A stretch of 63,021 nt of DNA, filler included, from Kipferlia bialata (lineage: Eukaryota), in the NCBI GenBank assembly GCA_003568945.1. It is 6 parts of 5 records of this genome, joined end to end, with 100 filler letters (N's around TTAATTAATTAA, not from the genome) between each part and the next. Parts side by side here need not be neighbours in the genome. Positions count along the whole stretch, not along the records: positions 1 to 18,831 come from BDIP01000460.1; positions 18,932 to 27,836 come from BDIP01000462.1; 4 more parts are not named here. One strand, written 5' to 3'. Made by a program: the position numbers and the translations under genes. Each line of letters opens with the position of its first letter. Position 1 is the first letter of the stretch. Shown here piece after piece: positions 1 to 19,080 of the stretch. A model generated the notes under the pieces. It did no database searches. It was not told the origin of the DNA and saw only the letters and a list, made by a program, of their open reading frames with translations.

Positions 1-69
1 CCTCTTTTCTTTTTTCTCTCCCCCCCCCCCCCCCTCTCTCTCTCTCTCTCTCCTCCCCTCTTATGACAG

Positions 70-2772
70 GGATATCATGACCCGCTTTGGCGAGCTCACC
101 GGCCGCAAGTACGCTCCCTTTGTGTACCACGGCCACCCCGAGGCCGAGAGGGTCATCATCCACATGGGCTGCAACACACACGTCACAGAGGGTGTCGTCA
201 AGGTATGGATGCATGAACACTGTATCTAAATATATGTATGTGATGGTATTAAGGTGGTCTATTCACTCTCAGGGCCTTGCCGCCAGGGGAGAGAAGGTTG
301 GCATGGTTAGGGTGCACCTCTTCAGGCCATTCTCCGCTGAGATGCTCGTTGAGTGCATCCCCAAGACAGTCACCGACATCTGCGTCCTTGACAGGTATAT
401 ATATATATATGTGTGTATATATATATATATACCAATGCTGGTACACCTTCTCAGTGAGTATGCACGTGTGATTTGTTACCCTTCCTCACCCTCAGGTCCA
501 AGGAGATCGGAGCCGGTGGAGAGCCCCTCTACCTCGACGTCCTTGCTGCCCTCCACTCCACAGGTACACATGGATACTTATACATAGATAATAGATAGTA
601 GATATATGTGTATATATTCTGTCTGCTGACCCCCAGGCCGCCTTGCTGGCATGAGGTCTGTGGTTGGGGGCCGTGCCGGTCTCTGTGGAGCCGAGCTCTA
701 CCCCTCCTCCGTCCAGGCCTGCCTCACCAACCTCGCCCAGGTACTCTCTCTCTCTCTCTCTCTCTTACTCTCTCTAGCTCTCTCTCTGACTATTAGGAGA
801 AGCCCCGCAACAAGTTCATCGTTGGCATCAACGACGACGTGTACAACACCTCCCTGGCCCTCGAGGGACCCGTGCCCTTCTCCATCCTCCACGAGGACAC
901 CTCTGAGGTATTGTATTGATATATTGTGTATTGTATAGTGTATTTTATATAGTGTATTGGACCCGTGCCCTTCTCCATCCTCCACGAGGACACCTCTGAG
1001 GTATATATATATGTGTGTGTGTATCATTATTATTTCTCACTGTATCCTCCTCCACGAGGACACCTCTGAGGTGTGATACTCTCTCTCTTACTCTCTCCCT
1101 CAGTGTAGTATATAGTATATATTATACTTTCCTCTCTCACCCCCAGGCCCTTCTCTTTGGCCTGGGTGTGACGCTCTCTCTCTCTCTCTCTCCTTCTGTA
1201 TTTAATGTATGTTCCTTACCCCAGGCCCTTCTCTTTGGCCTTGGTGCCGATGGCACTGTGGGTGCTGCACGTAACGCCATCTCCATCATCTCGGACACCA
1301 CACCCCTCCACACACAGGTATGGGTATTGTATATATAGATGGATAGATCGTCTCTCTAAAGACGATTGGTCTCACTCCCAGGCCTTCTTCGAGTTCGATG
1401 GAAAGAAGAGCGGTGGAATCACCCAGTCCTACCTCAGATTCGGACCAGAGCCCATCAGGTAAAGACATATACTCTCTCTTTCCCTCTATCTCCCTCCCTC
1501 TCTCTCTTTCCCTCTCTCTCTCTTTCTATCTCTCTCTCTCTGTGTGTGTAATACTCCGCCCCTCTCTCTCTCTCTCTCTCTCTTACCCCCAGGGCCCAGT
1601 ACGCCATCGAGGAGGCCGGATACGTCGCCTGCCACGCCACTTCCTACATCAACAGGTATACACTCTACTCTCTCTCTCTATATATATATATTACATATGT
1701 CCATTTATATAGTATAGTTACCTCTTACTGATACTGACCCCTAGGTACGCCCACAGGCTCCTCCGCCGTGCCAAGAAGGGTGCAGTGTTTGTGGTCAACG
1801 CCAAGTGGAGCTCCATCGAGGAGGTACACATCTGTAGATACAGAGATTGTGTAAAGTACTATATGTTCCAATTCTATTAACACATCTAACCTCTAGGCCG
1901 CTGCCCATATGCCAGGCTCTCTCAAGAAGGTCATTGCCGAGAAGGAGATCAAGCTGCACGTGGTGGATGCCTACGCCATGGCCCAGTCTGTGGGTCTCGG
2001 ACAGAGTGCGTAGTCTCTCTCTCTCTCCCCCCCTCAATACATGTATACATTTCACCCTATATCTCTCTCTCTGTCTTAGTATTCTACTCATCTCACCCCC
2101 AGTCATCAACACCATCATGCTCATGTTCTTCTCTCTCTCTCTCTCTCTATCTCCCTTCTTACCCCCAGTCATCAACACCATCATGCTCATGTTCTTCTCT
2201 CTCTCTCTCTCTCTCCCCCATCTCACCCCCAGTCATCAACACCATCATGCTCATGTTCTTCTTCAAGCATGCCGTGGGTGCCCTTGTCCCCTTCGAGACT
2301 GTCACCCAGCAGATGAAGGACCTCTCCGCCAAGCTCTACTCCAAGAGGGGAGAGAAGGTACACGCATCTATCTACACCCACACATTTGTATCTCCGCCAA
2401 GCTCTACTCCAAGAGGGGAGAGAAGGTACACAATATATGTATATATATAGCAGTCTTTGTAACTATAACATGTTGCCAAGCTCGACTCCAAGAGGGGAGA
2501 TAAGGTACACGCTACACACACATGTATATATACTGTATTTGTGATATATCTCACCTTCCCAGGTCGTGCAGGCCAACGTCAACGCCATCGACGCCGCCTG
2601 TGCCGTTGTCGAGAAGTGTGAGATGACATACCCCGCCGCAGAGTGGGCCCAGTGCGTCCCCGAGGCCCCCATGCGGTGCGCCTCTCTCTCTCTCTCTCCC
2701 TCTCCCTCTCTCTCTCTATAACTATATATGTCTCACCCTAGCATTGAGGGTGCCCCCGATGTGTTCAACAAC

Positions 2773-2806
<34 letters not shown>

Positions 2807-4972
2807 TTATATACATATCCTCCTTATCCTAGCATTGAGGGTGCCCCCGATGTGTTCAACGATGTGTTTGTCCCTGCCATCCTTATGGAGGGAGACTCCA
2901 TCCCAGTCTCCAAGTGCATGCAGTTCATCAGGGGTATGGGTTATATACATATATATATATATATATACTTATGAATTCATATCATTTAGTCTCCATCCCA
3001 GTCTCCAAGTGCATGCAGTTTATCAGGGGTATGCATGTAGATACACACATACATAAATATCTATGTATATATCCACAATCATTCCTAACCCCCCAGGAAC
3101 CTTCCCCGCTGGCATGTCCAAGTACGAGAAGCTCAAGGCCGGTGTCAAGGTATATATATATATGGGTAATATATATATATGTATATATATATTTACCAAG
3201 CATGTATTGTATTATTCATAATAGTAAACAAGGCCGGTGTCAAGGTATGAATGAGATATCTACCTTCCAATTACTCTATGATACCCATCCTTCCGTTGTA
3301 CCTTGGCTTTATTATGACATGTCCTCATATTCAGGTGCCCCAGTGGAACTCGGCCGGGTGTGTGCAGTGCAACTCCTGCTCTGTTGTGTGCCCCCACGGT
3401 TCCATCAGGTACTTCTCTCTCTCTCTATGTATATATATATATATATATATGGTACCCCCCCCCTCTCTCTCTCTCTCCTATATATATATATGTATGTACA
3501 TATTCATTTACTATGTATATTTATCTAACCACAGGCCCTTCCTTGTCAAGAAGGACGAGACCCCCGCCGACTCCCTCCCCGCCGACTTTGGCATGATCCC
3601 CTTCAAGGGCAAGCTGCCATCCTCCCTCGCTGAGGTATACAACCACACTTCCCTCACTCTCTCTCTCTACCTCTCTCTCTCTCTCACCCCAGGACAAGAC
3701 CAACGTCATGTTCCGCGTGCAGGTCTCCCCCGACGACTGCCGTGGCTGTGGGGTGTGTGTCACCTCCTGCATCGGCAAGAACGCCCTCGAGATGGTCGAG
3801 GCAGACGCTGCATCTCGCCAGGTGTGTACCATACAGATATCTGCACTATCTGTATGTTCTTTTTATACCTTGGTTCCCTCTTATTGACCCCCAGGTTGAG
3901 CTCTGGGACACCGCTCTCTCTCTCCCCAAGAAGGCTGAGCACTTCAAGGAGGGAAGGTATGTCTCTCTCTATATATATATATATGCATATATATGTATGT
4001 ATATATATATATATATTCATTTATAACCCCAGCTCCATCAAGGACATCCAGTTCCGCGAGCCCTACTTCGAGTTCCCCGGCTCCTGCCCAGGCTGCCCAT
4101 CCTCCTCCTACGTGCGCCTTCTCACCCAGGTATTGATTTGTGTATTGTGTATGTATGTGTCTGTCTATGTATGTGATGTGTGCTATGACTAACCCCCAGC
4201 TCTACGGAGAGCGCATGCTGCTTGCCTCTGCCGTTGGATGCATCCTGGTGTACGGCCACTTCAACTACCTCAGGCCCTACTCCACAGACGACAAGGGCCG
4301 TGGCCCAGCCGTGGCTTGCTCCCTCTTCGAGGTACTCCATGCATCTCTCTCTCTCTCTCTCTCTCTCTCCCTCTATGTTATGTGGATATCTCTCTCTCTC
4401 CCTCTATGGTATGTGGATACTCTCTCTGCCTTACCCCTCAGGACAACGCCGAGTTTGGCTGGGGCATTGCCGTTGGCTCCGATGCCAAGAGAGAGCAGCT
4501 CCAGACATTCGTCAAGGCCTCCCTTGCCTCTGAGGTACACAGCTCTCTCTCTCTCTTTAGAATACTCTTTGTATCTCTTGCTCGGTGTTTATATATATGC
4601 AATATAGATATATATAATTGTAGATATATATATATATAGATCTGACCCCCAGGACCACGGTGCCTCCCCCGCCATGGCTGAGTACTCTTTGTATCTCTTC
4701 TTCGGTGTCTCTATATATATTTATGGTCTATATGTATTTATGAATATATCCCTCTAACTCCTAGGACCATGGTGCCTCCCCCGCCATGGCTGATGCCAGT
4801 CATATAATAATACATATTAGATATATGTATTATATATATATATATATATATATTAGTGTATCCCTCTAACTCCCAGGACCACGGTGCCTCCCCCGCCATG
4901 GCTGATGCCCTCACCACCTGGCTGGCTGCCTCTGACGCAGAGGAGTCACGCAAGACTGCAGACGCTGTCCAG
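70..4972 (+). CDS. PFOR: Pyruvate:ferredoxin oxidoreductase, multi-exon (~22 exons), 5' truncated and lacking the C-terminal part of the TPP domain
   Basis: Spliced exons give GEKVGMVRVHLFRPFS, GLGADGTVGA, FDGKKSGGITQSYLRFG, two ferredoxin motifs (CVQCNSCSVVCP, DCRGCGVCVTSC), FEFPGSCPGC and SLFEDNAEFG; introns are GT-AG. The GGDGW motif is not found after 4972. Confidence 0.96.
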
Positions 4973-5060
4973 GTATATATATACACTAACATATATATAT
5001 ATATATATATAGCGTATATGTACTATATATACGCTCTCTCTATGTGTGTATATCTCTCTC

Positions 5061-5122
<62 letters not shown>

Positions 5123-5189
5123 ACTATTCTATCTGTGCTCCCATCTCTCTCTCACCCCCGGAGTCCCACGTTGCCATCCACCCCTTCCC

Positions 5190-5224
<35 letters not shown>

Positions 5225-5267
5225 TGTATATATGTAGTACTCTTCCTCTTTCTGTTCTTACACTCAG

Positions 5268-6265
5268 AGTCCCATGTTGCCATCCACACCTGGCCAGAGA
5301 GGAAGGCAGGTATGTATACACAGACTTATGTATGAATATATACTGATGCTTGTGTTCATAGTTAGTACCTATCACTGTTACCGTTGCCATCCATACCTGG
5401 CCAGAGAGGAAGGCAGGTAAGTACTCGGTGTATACATGCATGTGTTGACATGAGTCGTATACCATTTGATCCCCCCCCCCCCCCCCCCTTTCCCAGGTGA
5501 GGCTTGCGTTGTGACTTGTATCATATGGACATCAACTTAGTTGATATATACATATCAACTCCATATATATACATATTTAGATTCCAGCCTCACCCCCCAG
5601 TGACCCTTGATGTCTATGTACCTTCATCTCTATTGTGTTAACTATTGTATACCTATCTGTCAGTCTCTATGCAGGTTGATGTATGTATGCTCACTATCCT
5701 CACCCCCCAGTGACCCTTGATGTCTATGTGTGCAACTTCAACGATGACAACTCCTCCAAGGCCGAGGTACGTGTGTATGTATGCATATTGTTTTTTGTAT
5801 ACTGTATGTGTGTATACTGTATACTGTATATATATGCATATATTGTACTCCCTGTGTTGTTTCGGTCTTTTGCACCCTGCCCCCCTCCCTTTACTACGCG
5901 TGCCGTATTTTCCAGCATTCTGTCCAGCCTATCTCTCTCTCTCTCTCCTCAATATATATGGATATCTCATGTTCCATAGGCCGTCTTCTCCAGTCTTGTC
6001 TGCCTTTGCCCCTGATCCCTCTCTCTCTCTCTCTCTCTCTAATTGTTTCTATACTTACCATAGGCCGTCTTCTCCAGCCTTGTGTCTGCCTTTGCCCCTG
6101 GTCACCTCTCTCTCTCTCTCTCTCTCTCATTATATATATCTCACACTAGGCTGTTTTCTCCAGCCTTGTGTCTGCCTTTGCCCCAGGTACCCAGCAGGTC
6201 AACAGGGTGATGAGGGGGGAGGAGGGAAAGAAGGTATATTGTATATATAGATATGTGTGTGATGT

Positions 6266-6314
<49 letters not shown>

Positions 6315-8988
6315 GTCAGAGTCAGGTCAACAGGGTGATGATGGGGGGGGAGGGGGAGAAGGTATATTAAGTGTATATAGTATTGTATTATGCATACTCT
6401 ATTATTCTTCTAGTGATTAGGGGAGACAAGAATGTATATGGTATGTATTCACACTCATATAGGTCTATCTGGATGACAGATATTCTTTTTTAACCCCAGG
6501 AGAACGCTCTCCTTCAGACCGTGGGCACCTCTATCTCTCTCTCTCCCTCTCTCTCTCTACACCCTTATATCAGGAGAATGCCCTCCTTCAGACCGTGGGC
6601 ACCGCAGAGCACTACTCTGCTGACAGTGACGTGGTGTTTGAGTACATCGGAGAACACGCAGGGTAAGTATATTTATATTTGTTCCTAGAGTATAGTATAT
6701 ATATATGGTATACTCATACCCAGATACGGCTTCACCACCACCCAGCAGTTGGCCAGGGTCCAGTCCCCATACCAGCTGTGCGAGGTGTTCGAGACACAGC
6801 AGTTCGGGAAGGTATACTGTATATAGATATATTGCATATGTAGTATATAGTATGAGTACCCTACCAGCTGTGCGAGGTGTTTGACACACAGCAGTTCGGG
6901 AAGGTATACTATATGTATAGAATGTATATTGAGTAGTATATAGTATATATATATAGTATATATATATAGTATTAGTACCCTACCAGCTGTGCGAGGTGTT
7001 TGACACACAGCAGTTCGGGAAGGTGTATATCAAAAGTGGAATGATTATGTATTAGCACATGTGTGTATATCATATTCATGACATATTCGTAAGCATACTA
7101 ACTATATGTGTTTTCACATATAGTTATAGTGACGTCAGGTCTTCAGGCTGGATGGCCGTCTCATGACGTCTGAGCGGGAGGAGTTCTTCTACCACGAGTG
7201 CATGAACCACCCTGCTGCCTTATGTCACCCAGAGCCTAAGTACGATATATAATGGTGTATACTACACACTAGAAACATATATATATATATATGTTAATAT
7301 AGTATATATAGTATGTCTATATATTATTTGTCTATATATATTTTCACTATGAGTGCATGAACCACCCAGCTGCCTTATGTCACCCAGAGCCAAAGTGGGT
7401 GTATATAGTGGTATATACTATAGTATATATTCCTGGTATATACTATATACTTGTGTATAAGCTACCTATAGTTATTAATGAGTGCATGAACCACCCTGCT
7501 GCACTGTGCCACCCAGAGCCAAAGTACGAACTCCATAGTATATGTATATCTTTATCTATATATGTATAGATATCTCTCACCCCAGGTCTGTGCTGATTGT
7601 GGGTGGTGGTGATGGTGTGTTTACTATATCTATATAGTATATAGTATATCTATATACATATACTACATACTAACCCTAGGTCTGTGCTGATTGTGGGTGG
7701 TGGTGATGGTGGGTCTGCTGAGGAGCTACTCAAGCACCCATCCATCGAGAGGATAGTCATGGCTGAGCTGGATGAGGTATATAACAATACTATAGTATAT
7801 ACATATATATATATATATATATATGTGTGTGTATGTGTATATATATATATACTCAAGCACCCATCCATCGAGGGGATAGTCATGGCAGAGCTGGATGAGG
7901 TAGAGCAAGTAAATGAATAATATAGTCTACACATCTCCCTCCCCATGTTGTGTCTCTAGAGAGCACTTTGATACTCATTATATGTACATATACATATATC
8001 TATATGTATATATATATATCTATAAGTACATTGATACATGTATACATGTTCATCGTGTCCATTCTCACTCTAGGTTGTCCTTGATGTGTCCCGTGAGCAC
8101 TTTGAGGCAGTGCACCATGGCAGTCTGGATGATCCAAGGTACTGTCTGTCTCTCTCTCTCTCTCTCTCTGCATCGCCCCCGGGGCCATATACGCATACTA
8201 TATGTGTATACAAACTACTACTACTCTACCGATCCTTTCTGACCTTTGGGTCGAGGTCATCGAGGTACTCTCTCTCTCTCTTTCTCTCTGTCTCTTTCTC
8301 TCTCTTCTTCTTCTTCTTCTCTTCTCTCTCACCCCCCAGGGTCGAGGTCATCATTGGCGATGGGTTTGAGTATGTCAAGAACACAGAGGAGAGGTATGAA
8401 GAATGTGTATAGTTGTATATACTGTTGTATATATTTGTACATATATATACATGATATATACATGCCAATGTCAAGAACACAGAGGAGAGGTATGGAGGAT
8501 GCATAGTTTGTAGGTTTGTCCTCTCTCTCTATCTCTACGTATCTCATTACCTAGGTTTGACTTCATCATCCTCGATCTGACCGACCCCGACACCCCCGCA
8601 TTCGCCCTGTACTCCCAGGTATGATCTCTCTCATACCCTCTAGAGGTTCTTTCAGATGTAGAGAGACGAACACTATCTTATTATTCTATATACATGTATA
8701 CATGAATATATAAATGTGTGTGAATGTCTCTTACCCCTAGGAGTTCTTTGCCATGTGCCGTGACATCCTGACCCACAACGGCATCATGTCCATGCACCTC
8801 GGTATGTATGATATGTATACACACATTGTATATATATGTATAATATATATGTTAATTATATACTATATATTATATACTACATATTATATACTATATATTA
8901 TATATATATACACATTAGTGTACATATACAATATGGTTATGTATATCCTCACCCACAACGGCATCATGTCCATGCACCTCGGTATGTT

Positions 8989-9021
<33 letters not shown>

Positions 9022-9764
9022 CCTCTAGACCCTTATTCCAGGCTCCCCTGTGTTTGAGCCAGAGGTGGTGAGGAAGAACGCAGATGCCATGCGTGAGGTA
9101 TGGGTGAATTAGTGGATCGATATATATATATATATATTACTGAATATATTACCTTTGGGTGTTCATTACCTTACGTAATACAATCTCCCGCGGCTTGATA
9201 TAGTGTGAGTACACACTCTCTCTCTCTTAACCTCTAGGTCTTCACCCATGTGTGCCCCATGTCCCTGTACATCCCCCTCTATGGGAGTCTGTGGTGCCTG
9301 TGCACTGGATCAATGACACTCAACCCAGGTATGTATATAGTATACTATATATAATGTATACTATATATACTGTGTACATGTATATATACCACTCTATGGC
9401 AGTCTGTGGTGCCTGTGCACAGGGTCAATGACACTCAACCCAGGTATGGACCGTTATTCATAAGACTTAGTATACTAGAGTATAGTATATATACAGTATA
9501 TGTATATATACTGTGTACGTATATATATATACATGCATCTCTATGGCAGTCTGTGGTGCCTATGCACAGGGTCCATGGCACTCAACCCAGGTAAGGCTAA
9601 GTAGTATTCTATTCTCGCTCTCTCTCCACTTTTCATTCACTATGTATCCCTACTTATGTCCAGGCGCTATGTCTGCCTCTACTGTTGAGCAGAAGATAGC
9701 GGAGAGGGGCATCGACAGACTCAACTGGTACAACCCCAAGGTAATGTGTGATGTGTGTATATGC

Positions 9765-9798
<34 letters not shown>

Positions 9799-11188
9799 GT
9801 ATATGGGAAGAATGGGACACAGGGGCATCAACATACTCAGCTGGTAGAACCCTAAGGTATTTGAGAGTGTATGGGTGGGGTATTCTCGGCCCTGCTCACA
9901 TTGTCTCTCTCTCTCTCTCTCACCATAGTCCACATTGTCTCCATCTCTCTCTCACACAACAGTCCCATGAGGCACTGTTTGCCCTGCCCACCTTGGCTAT
10001 CTCTCCCTCTCTCTCTCTCTCTCTCCCCGTCCCTCTCTCTCTATCCCTAACTGCTCAGTCCCACGAGGCCCTGTTTGCCCTCCCAGCCTTCTCTCTCTCT
10101 CTACCCCTTCCTCCCTCCCTCCCTCTCCCTCTCTCACACAATAGTCTCACGAGGCCCTCTTTGCCCTGCCCACCTTTGTGGCCAGGTGCACAGACCCCAG
10201 GGACAAGGTAGAGGAGAAGGTATACAGAGTGACTATGATAGTAGTATATATATATATATATATATGGTATTGTATGGATACCTTTGTGGCCAGGTGCACA
10301 GACCCCAAGGAGGGTGTGGTGGAGGAGAAGGTATAGGATAGTACATATATATATATGTATATACATATGTGTGTATAGTTGTGAATCTGTGGTATGCTTT
10401 CGTATACACTATTGTGGCAAGGTGCACAGACCCCAGGGAGGGTGTAGTTGAGGATTAGGGGTGGATTGTGCATGTATGTTTATAGAGAGAGCGAGAGACT
10501 GAAGAAGGAGGGAGAAGGTCAGTAACTGTACTAGTAGAGTATATATATTTACCTTTGTGGCATATGCTTCCCTTTAGGAAGACGTAGACATAGGAGACTA
10601 AAGGAGGGTTATAGTGTATGTATTGATGGGTACAGTTCTCATTACTCACTCCAGCCCGCTGTCTCTGCCCTGACCCCTGACCAGATGGCAGTGTACCAGG
10701 CAAAGGTACGATCTACATGTATATATGTACACATAAGTATTATACGTGTATGTTAGATATGTACAGTAGTGTACCAGGCATGTATGTATGTATATAGTAA
10801 ATGTATATGTACATGTGTACATGGTGATATGGTAGAGAGCAGTGTACCAGGCAAAGGTACAACAACCATACGAATATATGTATGGAGTTGGCAAGTATAG
10901 TAATATATCCTATTACTGCTACACCATTATGACTAACTCTAGGTTGCCGAGTACTCTGCGAGCCTTGGTACATATGTAGATATGCATATATGCACGTGTA
11001 TATAATCTTTTCTCTCTCTTCCTGTTACTCACTCCAGGTTGCCGAGTACTCTGCCAGCTTTAGATAAGGATATACTTATTCATTATACTATAGAACCGCA
11101 TTACCATATATTATATACTATATATATGAATGACTCACTTAAGGTTGCCGAGTACTCTGCCTCCCTTCTCAAGGAGATGACACAGTAG
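5268..11188 (+). CDS. speD-speE: S-adenosylmethionine decarboxylase (prokaryotic SpeD type)-spermidine synthase (SpeE) fusion, ~17 exons, SpeD N-terminus missing
   Basis: Exons read (E)[65 protein letters not shown]... then [63 protein letters not shown] and YIPLYGSLW. Phases match across the domain junction; stop TAG at 11186-11188. Confidence 0.92.
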
Positions 11189-11210
11189 AGAGAGACCATT
11201 CATTAGAGAC

Positions 11211-11247
<37 letters not shown>

Positions 11248-11606
11248 CTCCCTACAGTGAGAGAGAACGAGATGAAGACTCTTCATCAGGGGGGGGGAGA
11301 GAGAGAAAGAGAGAACGTGAATAGTGTTTTCGGAGGGATGCCTCTATTGCAGCAGGGTCCCGGGTGGTTGTTTACAGACCACATGCATGCATGGTTGAAT
11401 AGGAAATAGACTTCTATTGGACAAGGAACAGACAGGAATAGTTACTGGTTTATATACTATTAGTCATTAGATGCATACCTATGAGAGAGCCAAAAGTTTA
11501 ACGGACATCAAGACCTAATCCAATGGAACAGAATTTCTCCGATAGATCTCCGATCCGGCCAAGACGCTCATAATGTCCCTTCTCTCTCTCTCTCTCTCCA
11601 CCTCCA

Positions 11607-12197
11607 ATGCCTGCCATACCATGTCTGCGCTGCCACCACAAGGCTCTGCAACAGTCCAGTGTGTACCTGGGCCATGACTGTATAGTCACCGGTGTCTCCA
11701 ATGCTGCCCTGTCTGTCATGACCCAGGATGAGTTTAGAGGCATACTCACAGCCTCATTCCTGAAGGGGCGCAAGATGAGAGCTAACTCATGGACTGGGGC
11801 TATGGTGAAGCAGTTCCACCTGGCTCTGCAGCACACTGTACCCCCTATGCACCTGAAGAACAAGGCCACTCTGATACAGTACACATTAGACTGGCTGGAG
11901 ACACTTACTCCCGAGGGGTTTGCTGCGGAGATGGCCTGCATCACGAGTGACACAATATCCCCTGATGTGCCTATGTATGAGCTCCCCCCCTCGCTGTGGC
12001 TGAATGCTAATGGGTCCACCCGCCACTTTGGGTCACTCTTTGCCCTCACCACCTGTCTCTCTGTCAGTACTGGCAGGACGTGGAGGGTAGGGACCAGAAA
12101 GGGAGACATGCACACAGGCAAGGCCCAATTCAGGATATGTAGTCACAGAGCTAGTCTGGCGTTACCAATATCCCCCCCCCTTCCCAACCATGGGTAA
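11607..12197 (+). CDS. Hypothetical intronless ORF (196 aa)
   Basis: Repeat-free, coding-like stretch starting at ATG; no recognisable motif. Confidence 0.35.
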   Translation: MPAIPCLRCHHKALQQSSVYLGHDCIVTGVSNAALSVMTQDEFRGILTASFLKGRKMRANSWTGAMVKQFHLALQHTVPPMHLKNKATLIQYTLDWLETLTPEGFAAEMACITSDTISPDVPMYELPPSLWLNANGSTRHFGSLFALTTCLSVSTGRTWRVGTRKGDMHTGKAQFRICSHRASLALPISPPLPNHG

Positions 12198-12245
12198 AGT
12201 AGTGTTACTCAGAAATAGTGTCATTGCCTGAAACGTATCTTCATT

Positions 12246-12322
12246 CCCCCCCCCCCCCCCCCCCCCCCCCCCACCCCCCCCCCCCCCCCCCCCCCCATCC
12301 CCCCTCCCACCCTCCCCCCCCC
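12246..12322. repeat. Poly-C tract
   Basis: About 75 nt of nearly pure C. Confidence 0.9.
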
Positions 12323-12448
12323 GTTACCTCATTACCAAGAGCATAGGTGTGGTTACATGGGTGGGGGCAGGTTTATACTCGTAGTATATACTCTTCTGCT
12401 GTACATTGACATCCTTGTTGGCTATCAGTGTGGAATTGGAAGAGTCTC

Positions 12449-12484
<36 letters not shown>

Positions 12485-12776
12485 CCCCCTCCTCCTCTCG
12501 CTAATCATTTCACATGCTGATGCGTGATGCAGACTTTCTTTCTCTCTCCATATGTATTAACATTATTAACCAGTCTTGGTCCCTCTCTCTCTACACAATC
12601 CCCATGTCATTTATATTGCAATATGACATACAGCCAATGTATACTCACTCCTCAGGTCAACATGATGATGCCCCTGGACGTGGTCACACTGTATTCGTAT
12701 ATGTATATATATATGTATATACATATGTACTAGTATACACTATATATTTACTGCTCACTATGTACTCACTCCTCAG

Positions 12777-18665
<5,889 letters not shown>

Positions 18666-18784
18666 GTGTGTATTATGTGTATGTATACGTATATATGTAT
18701 ATATATAGAGAGAGAGAGAGATTGCATATGCCACGGTGGAGGGGGTAATGGAATACAAGGTAAATGTGTATATATTTATATATG

Positions 18785-18831
<47 letters not shown>

Positions 18832-18931
18832 NNNNNNNNNNNNNNNNNNNNNNNNNNNNNNNNNNNNNNNNNNNNTTAATTAATTAANNNNNNNNNNNNN
18901 NNNNNNNNNNNNNNNNNNNNNNNNNNNNNNN
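18832..18931. other. Artificial contig spacer
   Basis: 100-nt N pad containing TTAATTAATTAA (stops in all six frames). Confidence 0.97.
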
Positions 18932-19080
18932 TTCCTTTTACCAATCCCCCCCCCCCCCTCCGGGCATCTCTATGATAACACTACATATATGACAGTGATT
19001 ACTGAGAGTATGTCTCTCACAGTAATATGGCAGTCTCACTGTAGTTTACCCCTGACACCAAAGGCTTGTACCCAGTGTAT

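Noticed and set aside
70..11188. A single PFOR-SpeD-SpeE triple fusion gene
   Set aside because: Both partners lose essential parts and the default phases mismatch; kept only as a junction to test.
11498..12121. 207-aa minus-strand ORF
   Set aside because: Overlaps the more coding-like plus-strand ORF and runs through a (GA)n repeat.
18832..18931. TTAATTAATTAA motif repeated five times in the window
   Set aside because: Always centred in 100-nt N pads, so it is a concatenation linker; gene adjacency across these points is meaningless.
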